Shown here in pieces: positions 1-9,464 of a stretch of 64,000 bases of DNA. The notes under the pieces are model-generated. The model did no database searches. It was given only the letters and a program-made list of their open reading frames with translations, and was not told the origin of the DNA. The DNA lies in NCBI GenBank assembly GCA_963815115.1, contig CAWFFN010000009.1, positions 608,001-672,000 on the forward strand, given 5' to 3'. The DNA comes from an uncultured delta proteobacterium (GTDB lineage: Bacteria > Desulfobacterota > Binatia > DP-6). Both the position numbers and the translations under genes were made by a program. Numbering within the stretch: position 1 is the stretch's first letter; the number at the start of each line of letters is the position of its first letter.

Positions 1-294
1 CTGGCGCCGCAGCGCGGCTCGTACCGCGGTGCGGTCGAGCCCGAGGGCATCACACAGATTGACGAAGGAGTACGGCCAGCTGCGGTCGTCCTCCTGGATC
101 CAGGCCTCGGCCTCGGGAACGAGCTGCGGGACGCGGACGTAGAGCCCGACCGCGTCCTCGAGCACGGCGAGCATGAGCCGTTTCTCGGGTTGCAACGATC
201 CCCGTGTCTGCACGCTGAAGAACTGGGACGGGAGGACGGTCTCGAACTCGTACCAGCTCCGTTCTTCGGTCTTTCGTGTTCGCCTGCGCGGCAT
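1..294 (-). CDS. Small conserved hypothetical protein (3' end off window; not in ORF track)
   Basis: Manual translation from ATG 294: MPRRRTRKTEERSWYEFETVLPSQFFSVQTRGSLQPEKRLMLAVLEDAVG...EAEAWIQEDDRSWPYSFVNLCDALGLD; open to window edge, GC3-rich. Confidence 0.8.
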   Translation of the reverse strand, partial: MPRRRTRKTEERSWYEFETVLPSQFFSVQTRGSLQPEKRLMLAVLEDAVGLYVRVPQLVPEAEAWIQEDDRSWPYSFVNLCDALGLDRTAVRAALRRQ

Positions 295-306
295 GCTGCA
301 CCGCGG

Positions 307-322
307 TGCAAGAGGCCTGCCA
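307..322 (-). promoter_or_regulatory. Sigma-54 (-24/-12) promoter
   Basis: Minus strand TGGCAGGCCTCTTGCA = GG-N10-GC matching TGGCA-N6-TTGCW, 12 nt before ATG 294. Confidence 0.7.
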
Positions 323-436
323 GGTGAGCACGGCGCTGGAAATGTGGCCGGTCGGCTGCGCTCGATGCCCGCGGTCGCCTGTCGCGCGTGCAGGGCTGCC
401 TCTCGATCGGGCAGTCGCGCTCGGAGAAGGCCGTCG

Positions 437-3016
437 TCACCGGTCGTCGAGCTGCTGAGGGGCGGAGGTCGCCCCGCGCGAACGCCGTCTTGGCTTCACT
501 CCGGGTATCGGGCTGTCCTCCGCGCGCAGCCTGGGGCGGGAGGTGCGGGTGGAGGTGCGGGAGGAAGTGCGGGCGGAAGTGCGGGCGACGTCCCGCCGGC
601 CACCAGAGGGCACTGCCGACCCGGGCTTCACCGTGACGTAGGGATCGGAAAGCGAGCCGCTCACCTCGAAGTCGACGGCCCGGACACCGCTGCTCTTGAC
701 GTCCGTGACCGTGGGGCTGCCGAGCGCCGGCACGTTCTTGGTCAGGCGGTCCAGCGCCTGGTAGCTCGGGACGAGCGTGCCGTTGAGCGAGAGATCGTCC
801 TTCATCCGATCGACCGTCCCGCGCACCGCCATCGCCACGGCGGGACCGGTCAGCGTGCCGTCGCTGATGACGATGACACCGGCACGGTGCGTGAGGGTGG
901 CGGTGAGCTGGGAGAACGGAATCCCGTCGCCCCGGAGCGCGTCCACGACTCCGGAGATCGATCCCAGCGCCGCGATCTTGGCGACCATCGGCGAGCGCGT
1001 GAGGGTGAAGCGGTCCACGCGCACGGTGCCTGCCAGCGGAAGGCCGGGAACGCCCAGGCGGCCCTCGCCGGTGAAACGCAACCGCCCTCCGCTGGCGTCC
1101 GCGTACGCGTCGATGGCGCGCAGCAGATCTCCCGCGTCGTCGGAGGTCACCGTCACCTGGCTTTGCGTTCCAGCGGGGCGGGCGGCGAAGGTGACATGGC
1201 CCGGGTGACCGCCCTCGGCGCGCGGAGCGATCTCGGCATGGGCCTCGACGGTGCGCCAGCTCTCGTCCGGGCCGAAGGTCGCCTGCCCGGCGAGCAGGGA
1301 GCCGCTGGCCTGCAGGCGGAAGTCGTCGACGCTGCGCACCTGGCCGTCGGCGAGAGCGAGCCGTGCCTGCGACGACGCGGCGACGCCGGCCTCCTTCACC
1401 ATGTTGAGGAGCGGAAGATCGAGGGAGGCAGGAGCGAGATCGAGGCGAAGGTCGAAATCGGACGTGGCCTGCCCCTGGGGAGCCAGACGTGCCTGGAAGC
1501 CGACGGGTCCGTCGAGCCACGGAGCAAGATCGAAGCCCAGCGCGTGCCGCGCCTCGACGTCGAGCCGGCCTTTCAGATCGATCGCGCGCCGTCCGCGCGC
1601 CGCGCCGGCCACCGTCTGTCGCCAGCGCAGCTCGGCCGCCGCGCGGCCGACGTGAACCGGGCCACGCAACACGAGCTGCCCGCCATCGAGATCGAAGCGC
1701 ATGCGCGGTGCCGTGACGGTACGCCCGCGGAAGGCGCGGCGCATGGCGACGCTGCGCAGGTCGCCGTTCGCGCGCACGACGAGCCCGGCCCGGTCCGGAG
1801 CCGCATCGAGAGGAACGTCGGTCTGCACTCGTGCCGTCAGCCCGCCCGAGATCTCACCGGCATGGAAGGGAATCGCCGCTCCCGCGTGCGCCGGCAAGCG
1901 CGCGAGCAGCGCGATGCCACGTGACAGGGGACCGTGCACGACCGCGTCGACGCGGAGCCCGGAGCCGGCGTCGCCGAGTCTCTCGGGCGTGATTGCCGTC
2001 CGCACGATGTCGACGCCCTCGACCTCGCCGCGTGCCACCCGCACCTGCCAGCGACGATCCCGGGAGAGGATCGCGGTGCCGCCGACTCCGGTCACCGGCG
2101 GCATCCCCTCGAGCCAGCGTACGGTCTGGCCGTCGAACTGCATCTTGCCCTCGACCGGTCCGAGGGTGAAGCCGGGCGAGGTCGTGCCGGTCAGTGTGCC
2201 CGCGAGCGTCATCTGGAGCGTGCGGATGCTGCCGCCGGTGACGCTGGCCAGCGTCCAGCGGCGGAAAGCAGGCGCCATGGTCGCGGGCCAGTAGCTCGCC
2301 AGCGATGCGGTGGGAAGGCCGCGCACGGTGGCGCGCAGGTCGACCTGGCCGCGCTCCGCGAGCCGGCCGCTGGCGACGACCCGCAACGGCGCGAGATCGA
2401 AGGACAGGTCGTCGACGGCGACCGCGCCCGGCTCGCGCCGCAGCGAGAGGGAGACGGCCGTCGCATGCCAGGTCGCGCCGGTCGCGCGATCTTCCAGGGA
2501 GACGTCGGCTTCCCGCACGCGGATCCGCTTCGGACCGGCGCCGGAGCGCGCCGCGCCGAACAGTCCGCCGGCAAGGAGATCCGTCGTGGCCGGGCCGGGC
2601 GCGGCGCCGATTCCGACGTCGATGCGCCCGTCGCGTTCACGCACCAGCTCGATGCGCGGCGCGATCGCCCGCACCGACCGCGGCATGACCGCGCCGCGCA
2701 GCAGCGCTCCGGGCGCGACGCCGACCGCCAGCACCGGCAGCCTGGCGAGCACGTCGCCTCCGGCGCCGCGCATCTCGACGTCGCGCGCGCGGACGTCGAG
2801 GTCGCGATGGGAGGGGTCCCACTCGAGCGCGGTCGAGGCGATCTGGACGGTGCTCGAGCCGTCCGGAGCGGCGAGCGCCGCCTGGAGACGCGGCGTCAGG
2901 AAGTCGAGCTCGATCGGTCCCCTGGACAGCCGCCAGGCGAGGCCGCCGGCGAGCAGCACCGCGCCCGCCACCAGCAGAGACACCGCGGTCACGACCGTCC
3001 CTGCCACCCTCCTCAT
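437..3016 (-). CDS. AsmA/YhdP-like (DUF3971, AsmA-like C-terminal) membrane-anchored protein
   Basis: N-terminal TM then 'WRLSRGPIELDFL', beta-rich body, C-terminal 'GIPFSQL...GTVDRMKDDLSLNGTLVP...FEVSGSLSDPYVTV'. Confidence 0.75.
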   Translation of the reverse strand: MRRVAGTVVTAVSLLVAGAVLLAGGLAWRLSRGPIELDFLTPRLQAALAAPDGSSTVQIASTALEWDPSHRDLDVRARDVEMRGAGGDVLARLPVLAVGVAPGALLRGAVMPRSVRAIAPRIELVRERDGRIDVGIGAAPGPATTDLLAGGLFGAARSGAGPKRIRVREADVSLEDRATGATWHATAVSLSLRREPGAVAVDDLSFDLAPLRVVASGRLAERGQVDLRATVRGLPTASLASYWPATMAPAFRRWTLASVTGGSIRTLQMTLAGTLTGTTSPGFTLGPVEGKMQFDGQTVRWLEGMPPVTGVGGTAILSRDRRWQVRVARGEVEGVDIVRTAITPERLGDAGSGLRVDAVVHGPLSRGIALLARLPAHAGAAIPFHAGEISGGLTARVQTDVPLDAAPDRAGLVVRANGDLRSVAMRRAFRGRTVTAPRMRFDLDGGQLVLRGPVHVGRAAAELRWRQTVAGAARGRRAIDLKGRLDVEARHALGFDLAPWLDGPVGFQARLAPQGQATSDFDLRLDLAPASLDLPLLNMVKEAGVAASSQARLALADGQVRSVDDFRLQASGSLLAGQATFGPDESWRTVEAHAEIAPRAEGGHPGHVTFAARPAGTQSQVTVTSDDAGDLLRAIDAYADASGGRLRFTGEGRLGVPGLPLAGTVRVDRFTLTRSPMVAKIAALGSISGVVDALRGDGIPFSQLTATLTHRAGVIVISDGTLTGPAVAMAVRGTVDRMKDDLSLNGTLVPSYQALDRLTKNVPALGSPTVTDVKSSGVRAVDFEVSGSLSDPYVTVKPGSAVPSGGRRDVARTSARTSSRTSTRTSRPRLRAEDSPIPGVKPRRRSRGATSAPQQLDDR

Positions 3017-3136
3017 ATCCTCGACTCCTCGACGGATTCTGCTCCTCCGCGCCCGACGTGTCAGCCGGGGCGGCGCAGCAATTCACAACTCGCCCGAGGA
3101 TGGAGGCGCGCGAGAGCCGCCGCGCGGTCGCTCGCG

Positions 3137-4273
3137 TCAGAAACCGTCGAGCTGCGCAACCCGCTCGCGGTGGAACGCCGGATCGCCGAAGGCGACCTCG
3201 TTGGCGTGTGCCCGCTTGAACCAGAGCTGCAGGTCGAACTCCCAGGTGAAGCCGATGCCGCCGTGCATCTCCACGGACCGCCGCGCCGTGCGGCTGTAGA
3301 CGTCGCCGAGGCTCGCCTTCGCCATGGCGGCGGCGCGTGCCGCCTCGCGCGGACGATGGTCGAAGGCGTGGGCGGCGTACCACACCAGCGAGCGTGTCGG
3401 CTCGACGTCGGCGACCATCTCGGCCGCGATGTGCTTGAGGGCCTGGAACGAGCCGATCGTACGGCCGAACTGCTGGCGCACCTTCGAGTACTCCACTGCC
3501 ATCTCGAGGGTGCGCTGAGCGCCGCCGAGGCTGTCCGCGGCGATGCCGATGGCGCCGAGATCGAGCATTCGCGCCAGAACCGGCCAGCCCTGGCCCTCGA
3601 CGCCCACCAGCGCCGTCTTCGCCACCGCGACCTCCTTCAGCACGAGCTCGCCGAAGCGCCGGGTGAGGTCGATGTGCCGCTGGGGCTTCGAGCGGACACC
3701 CTTCGCGCCGCGCTCCACCAGGAAGAGCGAGACGCCGGCGGCACCGCGTCCCGCCTTCGTGCGCGCGGCGACGAGGAACACGTCGGCGGCCGCCGCCTCG
3801 GGCACGAAGAGCTTCGTTCCCGACAGCACGAACCCGTCGCGCGTCCTGCGCGCGCGCGTCTGGATGCCCTCCGGATCGTGCCGGTCGCTCTCCTCGAGAT
3901 GAGCCAGGGTGGCGAAGGCCGCGCCGTCGAGCAGACGGGGCAGCCAGGCCGCGCGCTGCGCCGCGGTGCCGGCGCGCAGCAACCCCGCGATCACGAGCTG
4001 GGTGGCGAGGAACGGGCCCGGCGCGGCGACGCGTCCCAGCTCCTCGATCACCAGCGCGAGATCGAGCGCGCCCAGCCCGAGGCCGCCGTCCTTCTCGGGC
4101 ACGATGAGCCCCATCCAGCCGAGGTCGGCCATCTTCCGGTAGAGATCGCGGGGCACGCCGTCGTCGGTCTTGGCGGTCTCGCGCACCAGCACGGGCGGAC
4201 ATTCCCGGGCCAGAAATTCACGCGCCGAGCGCTGCAGCGCCTCCTGCTCCTCGGAGAGGCCGAAATCGATCAT
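3137..4273 (-). CDS. Acyl-CoA dehydrogenase family protein
   Basis: MIDFGLSEEQ start; GTKLFV, RQQFGRTIGSFQALKH, HGGIGFTWE. Confidence 0.9.
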   Translation of the reverse strand: MIDFGLSEEQEALQRSAREFLARECPPVLVRETAKTDDGVPRDLYRKMADLGWMGLIVPEKDGGLGLGALDLALVIEELGRVAAPGPFLATQLVIAGLLRAGTAAQRAAWLPRLLDGAAFATLAHLEESDRHDPEGIQTRARRTRDGFVLSGTKLFVPEAAAADVFLVAARTKAGRGAAGVSLFLVERGAKGVRSKPQRHIDLTRRFGELVLKEVAVAKTALVGVEGQGWPVLARMLDLGAIGIAADSLGGAQRTLEMAVEYSKVRQQFGRTIGSFQALKHIAAEMVADVEPTRSLVWYAAHAFDHRPREAARAAAMAKASLGDVYSRTARRSVEMHGGIGFTWEFDLQLWFKRAHANEVAFGDPAFHRERVAQLDGF

Positions 4274-4355
4274 GGGTCGCGGACGTAGCACGCGCCGACC
4301 CCGCTCGTCACGCACTTGCTTGACGCCGGACGAACCCCGGGAGTATCGCCCTGGC

Positions 4356-5993
4356 ATGTCATCGCGTGCGTTGCGCGCGTCGTCCGCGGTGCTCCTCGTC
4401 GCCCTCGCCTCTCGCGCCCGGCCGGCGACCTACTGCGTCGACCTGAGCGACAGCAGCTGTGACGTGAACTACACCGGATCGGCCGGCCTCACGTCGGCAC
4501 TGGACGCAGCGGCGCTCACGGCGGACGACGACACCGTCAAGATCGCGGCGGGCACCTATCTCGGACCGTTCACCTACGCACCGTCGGCCGATGCCGGCAC
4601 GCTGGCGATCATCGGCTCGGGGAGCGATCAGACGACGCTCAGCGTCCAGGTGCCCGGTTCATTCGGATCCGTTCTCGCGCTGGCCCGCGACACCGTCGGA
4701 CATCCGGCCAACGTGTCGCAGCTCGCGATCGTCATTCCGCCAAGCGCGGTAAGCGGCATCGCAACGGACGGGCTGGTCGAGGACGCGCGCATCACGTCGA
4801 CGCCCGCGACCGGGGGCGGGTTCGGTGTGTTTCTTCGCGGCACCGGCTCGGGGATCCGTCGCTGCCAGATCGAGATGAACAACGTGCCCAACGCCATCGG
4901 CGTGGAGACGGACCCCGGTACGACCTTCAGCCCCGACCCGTCGCCCGCCTTCATCGAGGACTCCAGCGTGCTCGACGGCCTGGTGACCATCGAGGCATTC
5001 GCACCGCTGCGGATCACGCGCTGTCGCGTGTCGGCCAAGGGAAATTCCGCGATCAACGCGCGGGGCACGGCCGTCACCGTCGAGGACTCCCTCGTCCTCG
5101 CGGAGACCGCGAGCGCCCTCGAGGCAAGTGGGGAAGCGGGACCCAGGTCTGGCAGCCTCCTCGTCCGCCAGGTGACCGCCGTGTCGGTCGGCGCGACGCC
5201 CGCCTTCGCCGGCATCGACGTCGACGCATCCGGTGCGGACGTGTCGGCCGACGTGCGCCACTCCGTCATCCGCGGCTTCCAGAACTCGACGTTCCGGCGG
5301 GCGGCGATGAACCTCGCGGCGACGGTGTCGATCAGCGCGTCCGACTATCCGTTCGGCGCGCATCTGGTGGAGGGCGCCGGGACGACGACCCTCACCGAGC
5401 CGGAGCCGAACATCGACGCCGATCCATTGTTCGTCGACGCGCTCGCCGGGAACTACGCGCTCCGCGACGGCTCGCCCGCGATCGACGCGGCGTACTCCCC
5501 GCCGCTCGCGCCGGGCGAGTCGCCGACCGATCTCCAGGGCGCACCGCGCATCCAGGACGGCAACGGCGACGGGATCGCGGCGCGCGACATGGGCGCGTTC
5601 GAGCACGCCGCGGTGGCGAAGCCGACGACGACCACGACCACCCTGCTCGCGACGACCACGACGACACCGCCCCCGACGACCACCACGACGCTGCCCTGCA
5701 CCACGCCGCGCTGCGTGTTCGACGCCGCGCTCCACGGGCCCGCGTGCGCGGGCGCGAACGTGCCGAGGGGGATCGTCGCGAAGATCGACGGGGCCGTGGC
5801 GCTCTCCGAGCGCGCCGGCACGAGCACGGGCAAGAAGCAGCGACGCCTGCTCGTCCGGACGCGGCAGACTCTGGGTGCGATCGGACGGGCGGCGGCCCAT
5901 GCGGCCAAGGGGAAGAAGCCCCGCCTCTCGGCGGAATGCGCGACCGCCATCGGCGGCGCCGCGAGCGCCGTTCGCGGCGAGCTCGGCCCGTAG
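4356..5993 (+). CDS. Secreted beta-helix / choice-of-anchor-Q-like protein with Thr-rich linker and Cys-containing basic C-terminal domain
   Basis: Signal peptide; DPLFVD..NYALRDGSPAIDA..DLQGAPRIQDGNGDG..DMGAFE motif; poly-Thr linker. Confidence 0.7.
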   Translation: MSSRALRASSAVLLVALASRARPATYCVDLSDSSCDVNYTGSAGLTSALDAAALTADDDTVKIAAGTYLGPFTYAPSADAGTLAIIGSGSDQTTLSVQVPGSFGSVLALARDTVGHPANVSQLAIVIPPSAVSGIATDGLVEDARITSTPATGGGFGVFLRGTGSGIRRCQIEMNNVPNAIGVETDPGTTFSPDPSPAFIEDSSVLDGLVTIEAFAPLRITRCRVSAKGNSAINARGTAVTVEDSLVLAETASALEASGEAGPRSGSLLVRQVTAVSVGATPAFAGIDVDASGADVSADVRHSVIRGFQNSTFRRAAMNLAATVSISASDYPFGAHLVEGAGTTTLTEPEPNIDADPLFVDALAGNYALRDGSPAIDAAYSPPLAPGESPTDLQGAPRIQDGNGDGIAARDMGAFEHAAVAKPTTTTTTLLATTTTTPPPTTTTTLPCTTPRCVFDAALHGPACAGANVPRGIVAKIDGAVALSERAGTSTGKKQRRLLVRTRQTLGAIGRAAAHAAKGKKPRLSAECATAIGGAASAVRGELGP

Positions 5994-6037
5994 CGCGTTC
6001 AGGTCACACCCTCCGGCTCGTCACGTTCGGGCGGCCG

Positions 6038-8083
6038 TCAGAGCACGAGGTCCGTCCCCGAGGATCCGTGCTCCAGGATGCGCCGGCAGAGGCCCGCGAT
6101 GGTCGCGCCGGCTTCCGCGGGATCGAGCCCGGCCGGCCGGATGTTCGAGATGCACTTGCGATCGGCGTCGGTGCTCTGCGGGCCGGCGTGGAGCGTGACG
6201 TAGCAGCCCAGGCTGTCCGGTGACGCGAGTCCCGGTCGCTCGCCGATCAGGTGTACCACGAGACGCGCGCCCACGGCGGCCGCGATGGCGTCGGCCACGG
6301 CGACGCGCCCGTTGCGGACGGCGACCGGCGTGCCGAGCGCTCCGAGCGGTGCCAGCCGGTCGCACAGCGCGGGCCAGAGCCGCTCGAGGTGCGTTTGGGC
6401 CGCTCGCGCCGAGAGCCCGTCGGAGACCACGAGCTGGATGGCGGGGTCGCGCGGACTCGCGGCGCGGATGCGGTCGAGGTCGTCCGCGGCGAGACGTCGT
6501 CCGAGCGGCGGCTCGCGGATGTAGGCCAGCCGGTCGGGCGCTGCCGAGGCGGCCAGCAGGAAGCCGCGCGCGCGCAGGCGATCGAGGAAGGCGGGACTCC
6601 ACTCGCTCCACACCGCGTCGCGCGCGGCGGCGTGATCGGCCTGGAACGCGAGCCACGCGGCCGTCGGCGGCCGTGCGCCCACGCGGCCGACGCCGAGCCG
6701 CGCCGGCGTGGTGCGGCGGGCGCGCTCGAGGTCGAAGGTCATGCGAGCGCGCGCGGGGTCGCCGGCAAGCGGCGTCAGGCGTCCGTCCTCCATCAGCCCG
6801 CGGGCCTCGAGCCAGGCTTCGAACTCGGACGCCGGGCGCAGGTCGAGCAGCTCGCGCAGCGCGGGCGCGTCGTGGAAGGACGTCGTCTGATAGCCCAGCA
6901 TGCAGTCGTCACCCATGGGCACCGCCATGAAGTAGTTGCAGCCGGCGGCGGCGAGCAGCACGGCGAGGCTCTCGAGATCGTTCTGATCCGCCGCCATGTG
7001 GTTCGTGTAGCAGACGTCCACCCCCATCGGGACGCCGAGCAGCTTGCCCATCAGGTGATCCTCGAGGCCCGCGCGCAGGACCTGGCGGGCGTCGTAGAGG
7101 TACTCGGGACCGATGAAGCCGACGACCGTGTTCACCAGCAGCGGGCGGTACCGCCGCGCGACCCCGTAGCAGCGCGCCTCCAGCGTCACCTGGTCGAGTC
7201 CCGCATGCGTCCCGCTGGACAGCTCGGAGCCCTGGCCGGTCTCGAAGTACCAGCGATGCGGGCCGTCGAGACGGCCGCGCGCCCGGATGGCGGCGTCGGC
7301 CTCGTCGAGGAGCGCGAGATCGATGCCGAAGGCGCGATTCGCCGCGGCCGTCCCGCCGACCGACTGGAAGATCAGGTCGAGCGGCGCGCCGGCCTCGAGC
7401 GCGCGCACCTGCGTCGTCACGTGGGCGAGGACCGACACCTGGGTGGGCGTGCCCAGGCGCTCGCGCAGCGCCTGGAGCCCGCCGGCCAGCCGCTCGACGA
7501 CCTCGACCCGATCGTCGGCGGGATTCACGCCGAGGACCGCGTCGCCGCAGCCGTAGCTGAGGCCCTCGAGGGTGGACGCGAGCACGCCGTCCAGGCCGTC
7601 GCGCGGATGGTTCGGCTGGATGCGGGTGGCGAGGCGGCCGCGCTCGCCGAGCGTGGTGCGGCCGGCGACCACGACCGCGAGCTTGCGCGCGCCGAGCATG
7701 AGGTCGAGGTTCGACATCAGCTTCGCGGCGCCCGCCGCCATCTCGGGCAGCAGGCCGGGACGCAGGGCGGCCAGCGACGAAGGAGCGTCGGCGAGCAGGT
7801 GCTCGCGCAACTCTCCGACGGTCCAGCCGGCGATGCGGCCGTAGACCTCACCGTCGAGCGCGTCGAGAAACGCGCGCGTCAGCTCGTCGCGCTCCGGCGG
7901 CAGGAGCGGCTCCTCGACGAACGTGCGGAGCGGCAGGTCCGCGAGGACGGCTTTCGCCGCGACGCGCTCCCGCGCGTCGGCGGCCGCCACCCCCGCCAGC
8001 CGGTCGCCCGACTTCTCCTCGTTCGCCTTCGCCATGACCTCGGCGAGGGAACCGAAGACGTGGCCGTGCGCGGCGAGCCGCAT
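6038..8083 (-). CDS. eutB: Ethanolamine ammonia-lyase large (EutB) and small (EutC) subunits read as one ORF
   Basis: EutB motifs KANEEKSGDRLAG, RIQPNHP, YFETGQGSELS, VVGFIGPEYLYD; EutC motifs TPARLGVGR, SDGLS, LIGERPGL, DADRKCISNI (eutC part about 6038-6742). Confidence 0.9.
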   Translation of the reverse strand: MRLAAHGHVFGSLAEVMAKANEEKSGDRLAGVAAADARERVAAKAVLADLPLRTFVEEPLLPPERDELTRAFLDALDGEVYGRIAGWTVGELREHLLADAPSSLAALRPGLLPEMAAGAAKLMSNLDLMLGARKLAVVVAGRTTLGERGRLATRIQPNHPRDGLDGVLASTLEGLSYGCGDAVLGVNPADDRVEVVERLAGGLQALRERLGTPTQVSVLAHVTTQVRALEAGAPLDLIFQSVGGTAAANRAFGIDLALLDEADAAIRARGRLDGPHRWYFETGQGSELSSGTHAGLDQVTLEARCYGVARRYRPLLVNTVVGFIGPEYLYDARQVLRAGLEDHLMGKLLGVPMGVDVCYTNHMAADQNDLESLAVLLAAAGCNYFMAVPMGDDCMLGYQTTSFHDAPALRELLDLRPASEFEAWLEARGLMEDGRLTPLAGDPARARMTFDLERARRTTPARLGVGRVGARPPTAAWLAFQADHAAARDAVWSEWSPAFLDRLRARGFLLAASAAPDRLAYIREPPLGRRLAADDLDRIRAASPRDPAIQLVVSDGLSARAAQTHLERLWPALCDRLAPLGALGTPVAVRNGRVAVADAIAAAVGARLVVHLIGERPGLASPDSLGCYVTLHAGPQSTDADRKCISNIRPAGLDPAEAGATIAGLCRRILEHGSSGTDLVL

Positions 8084-8264
8084 GTGCGAGCCGACGATAG
8101 GGAGCGACGCGCGGCGGGGTCAAACGGGCATCCGAGATCGGCGCGTCTTCTTGCCGCGGGGATGTCGTTCTCGGGACGTGCTGACCTCACAACCGTCAAC
8201 GAGGACGGGCGGCGCCGACGTCCGACGAGCCGCACGAGAGTGACCGCGAAGGCTTCTGCCTTTC

Positions 8265-9347
8265 TTGCCCCTGCGTATTGTCTTGCTCGAGCCAGCGGGC
8301 CTCCGCGTACGGCACTACAGCCGCCGGACCGAGCGGGCCTACGTCGGATGGATCCGCCGCTACGTCCTGTTTCACGGCAAGCGCCACCCGGCCGAGATGG
8401 GGGCCCAAGAGGTGTCGCGGTTCCTGTCGTGGCTAGCCGTCGAGGGAAGGGTTAGCGCGTCGACACAGAATCAGGCGCTGGCGGCGCTGCTGTTTCTCTA
8501 CGGGCCGGTGCTCGGCGTGGAGCTGCCGTGGCTGGACGAGCTGGCCCGGGCCGCGTGCTCGCCGCGGCTGCCGGTTGTCCTGTCGCGCGACGAGGTGCGC
8601 GCCGTCCTGCTCGCGATGCACGGGATCCCGCGCCTGATGGGCGTGCTGCTCTACGGCGCCGGACTTCGCCTGCTCGAGTGCGCGCGGCTCCGCATCAAGG
8701 ACGTGGACTTCTCGGCCAACCAGATCGTGGTCCGGAGCGGGAAGGGGGACCGCGATCGCGTCACGCTCCTTCCCGGCGTGGCCCGGTCCGCGCTGGAGCG
8801 CCACCTCGAGCAGGTGCGAGCGCAGCACGCCCGCGACCTGGCAGCAGGAGCCGGCTGGGTGGAGCTGCCGCACGCCCTGTCGCGGAAGTACCCCAACGCC
8901 GGCCGCGAGTGGCCATGGCAGTGGGTGTTCCCGGCGACGCGGACCTACGTCGAGCCTACGACCGGCCAACGCCGGCGCCATCACCGGCACGAGACCGTGG
9001 TGCAACGCGCAGCGCACCGGGCGGTGCGCGAGGCAGGGTTGACCAAGGCAGCCTCGTGCCACACGTTCCGGCACTCGTTCGCGACGCACCTGCTGGGGGA
9101 CGGCTACGACATCAGAACGGTCCAGGAGCTGCTGGGGCACCGGGACGTGCGGACGACCATGATCTACACGCACGTGCTCAACCGGGGGCCGGTGGCGGTG
9201 CGGCCGCCGGTCGAGGGTTTGGTGGAGGCGGGGGCGATGGCGCGCGTTCCCCGTCTGCCGGAGGAGGCCGCGCGTTACACCGCGGGGCCACGCAGTGTAA
9301 CGCGCGTGGGATGGGTCCCGTTCGGGGGGCGGAAGGAGCGGAAATGA
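8265..9347 (+). CDS. intI: Integron integrase (tyrosine recombinase)
   Basis: RHYSRRTE, SASTQNQAL, GLRLLE, GKG, IntI-specific patch VELPHALSRKYPNAGREWPWQWVFP, HTFRHSFATHLL, LLGH, TTMIYTHV; start uncertain. Confidence 0.95.
   Translation: MPLRIVLLEPAGLRVRHYSRRTERAYVGWIRRYVLFHGKRHPAEMGAQEVSRFLSWLAVEGRVSASTQNQALAALLFLYGPVLGVELPWLDELARAACSPRLPVVLSRDEVRAVLLAMHGIPRLMGVLLYGAGLRLLECARLRIKDVDFSANQIVVRSGKGDRDRVTLLPGVARSALERHLEQVRAQHARDLAAGAGWVELPHALSRKYPNAGREWPWQWVFPATRTYVEPTTGQRRRHHRHETVVQRAAHRAVREAGLTKAASCHTFRHSFATHLLGDGYDIRTVQELLGHRDVRTTMIYTHVLNRGPVAVRPPVEGLVEAGAMARVPRLPEEAARYTAGPRSVTRVGWVPFGGRKERK
9269..9306. repeat. 12-bp inverted repeat (CGCGCGTTACAC-N14-GTGTAACGCGCG) at the intI 3' end
   Basis: Read directly; GTTACAC recurs at 9417-9423. 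Confidence 0.75.
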
Positions 9348-9416
9348 CGGTGGAATGTCGAGCAGCGGAAGGCCCGTGGGTGAGTGATGGCCCGCAAGGC
9401 CGGCCAGCCTTTGGGC

Positions 9417-9447
9417 GTTACACGGAACCGTCCAAGTCTCGTTAGGC
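9417..9447 (+). other. Candidate attI site
   Basis: GTTAGGC core (9441-9447) just before the first cassette ORF, preceded by GTCCAAG (L-box-like) and a GTTACAC direct-repeat-like box; no attC hairpin upstream. Confidence 0.6.
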
Positions 9448-9464
9448 CGACAAGAGGTAACGGA

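Noticed and set aside
173-4288. Long + strand ORFs (583 aa, 784 aa) and similar Arg/Ala/Pro-rich ORFs across the window
   Set aside because: Antisense or alternate-frame shadows of real genes in high-GC DNA.
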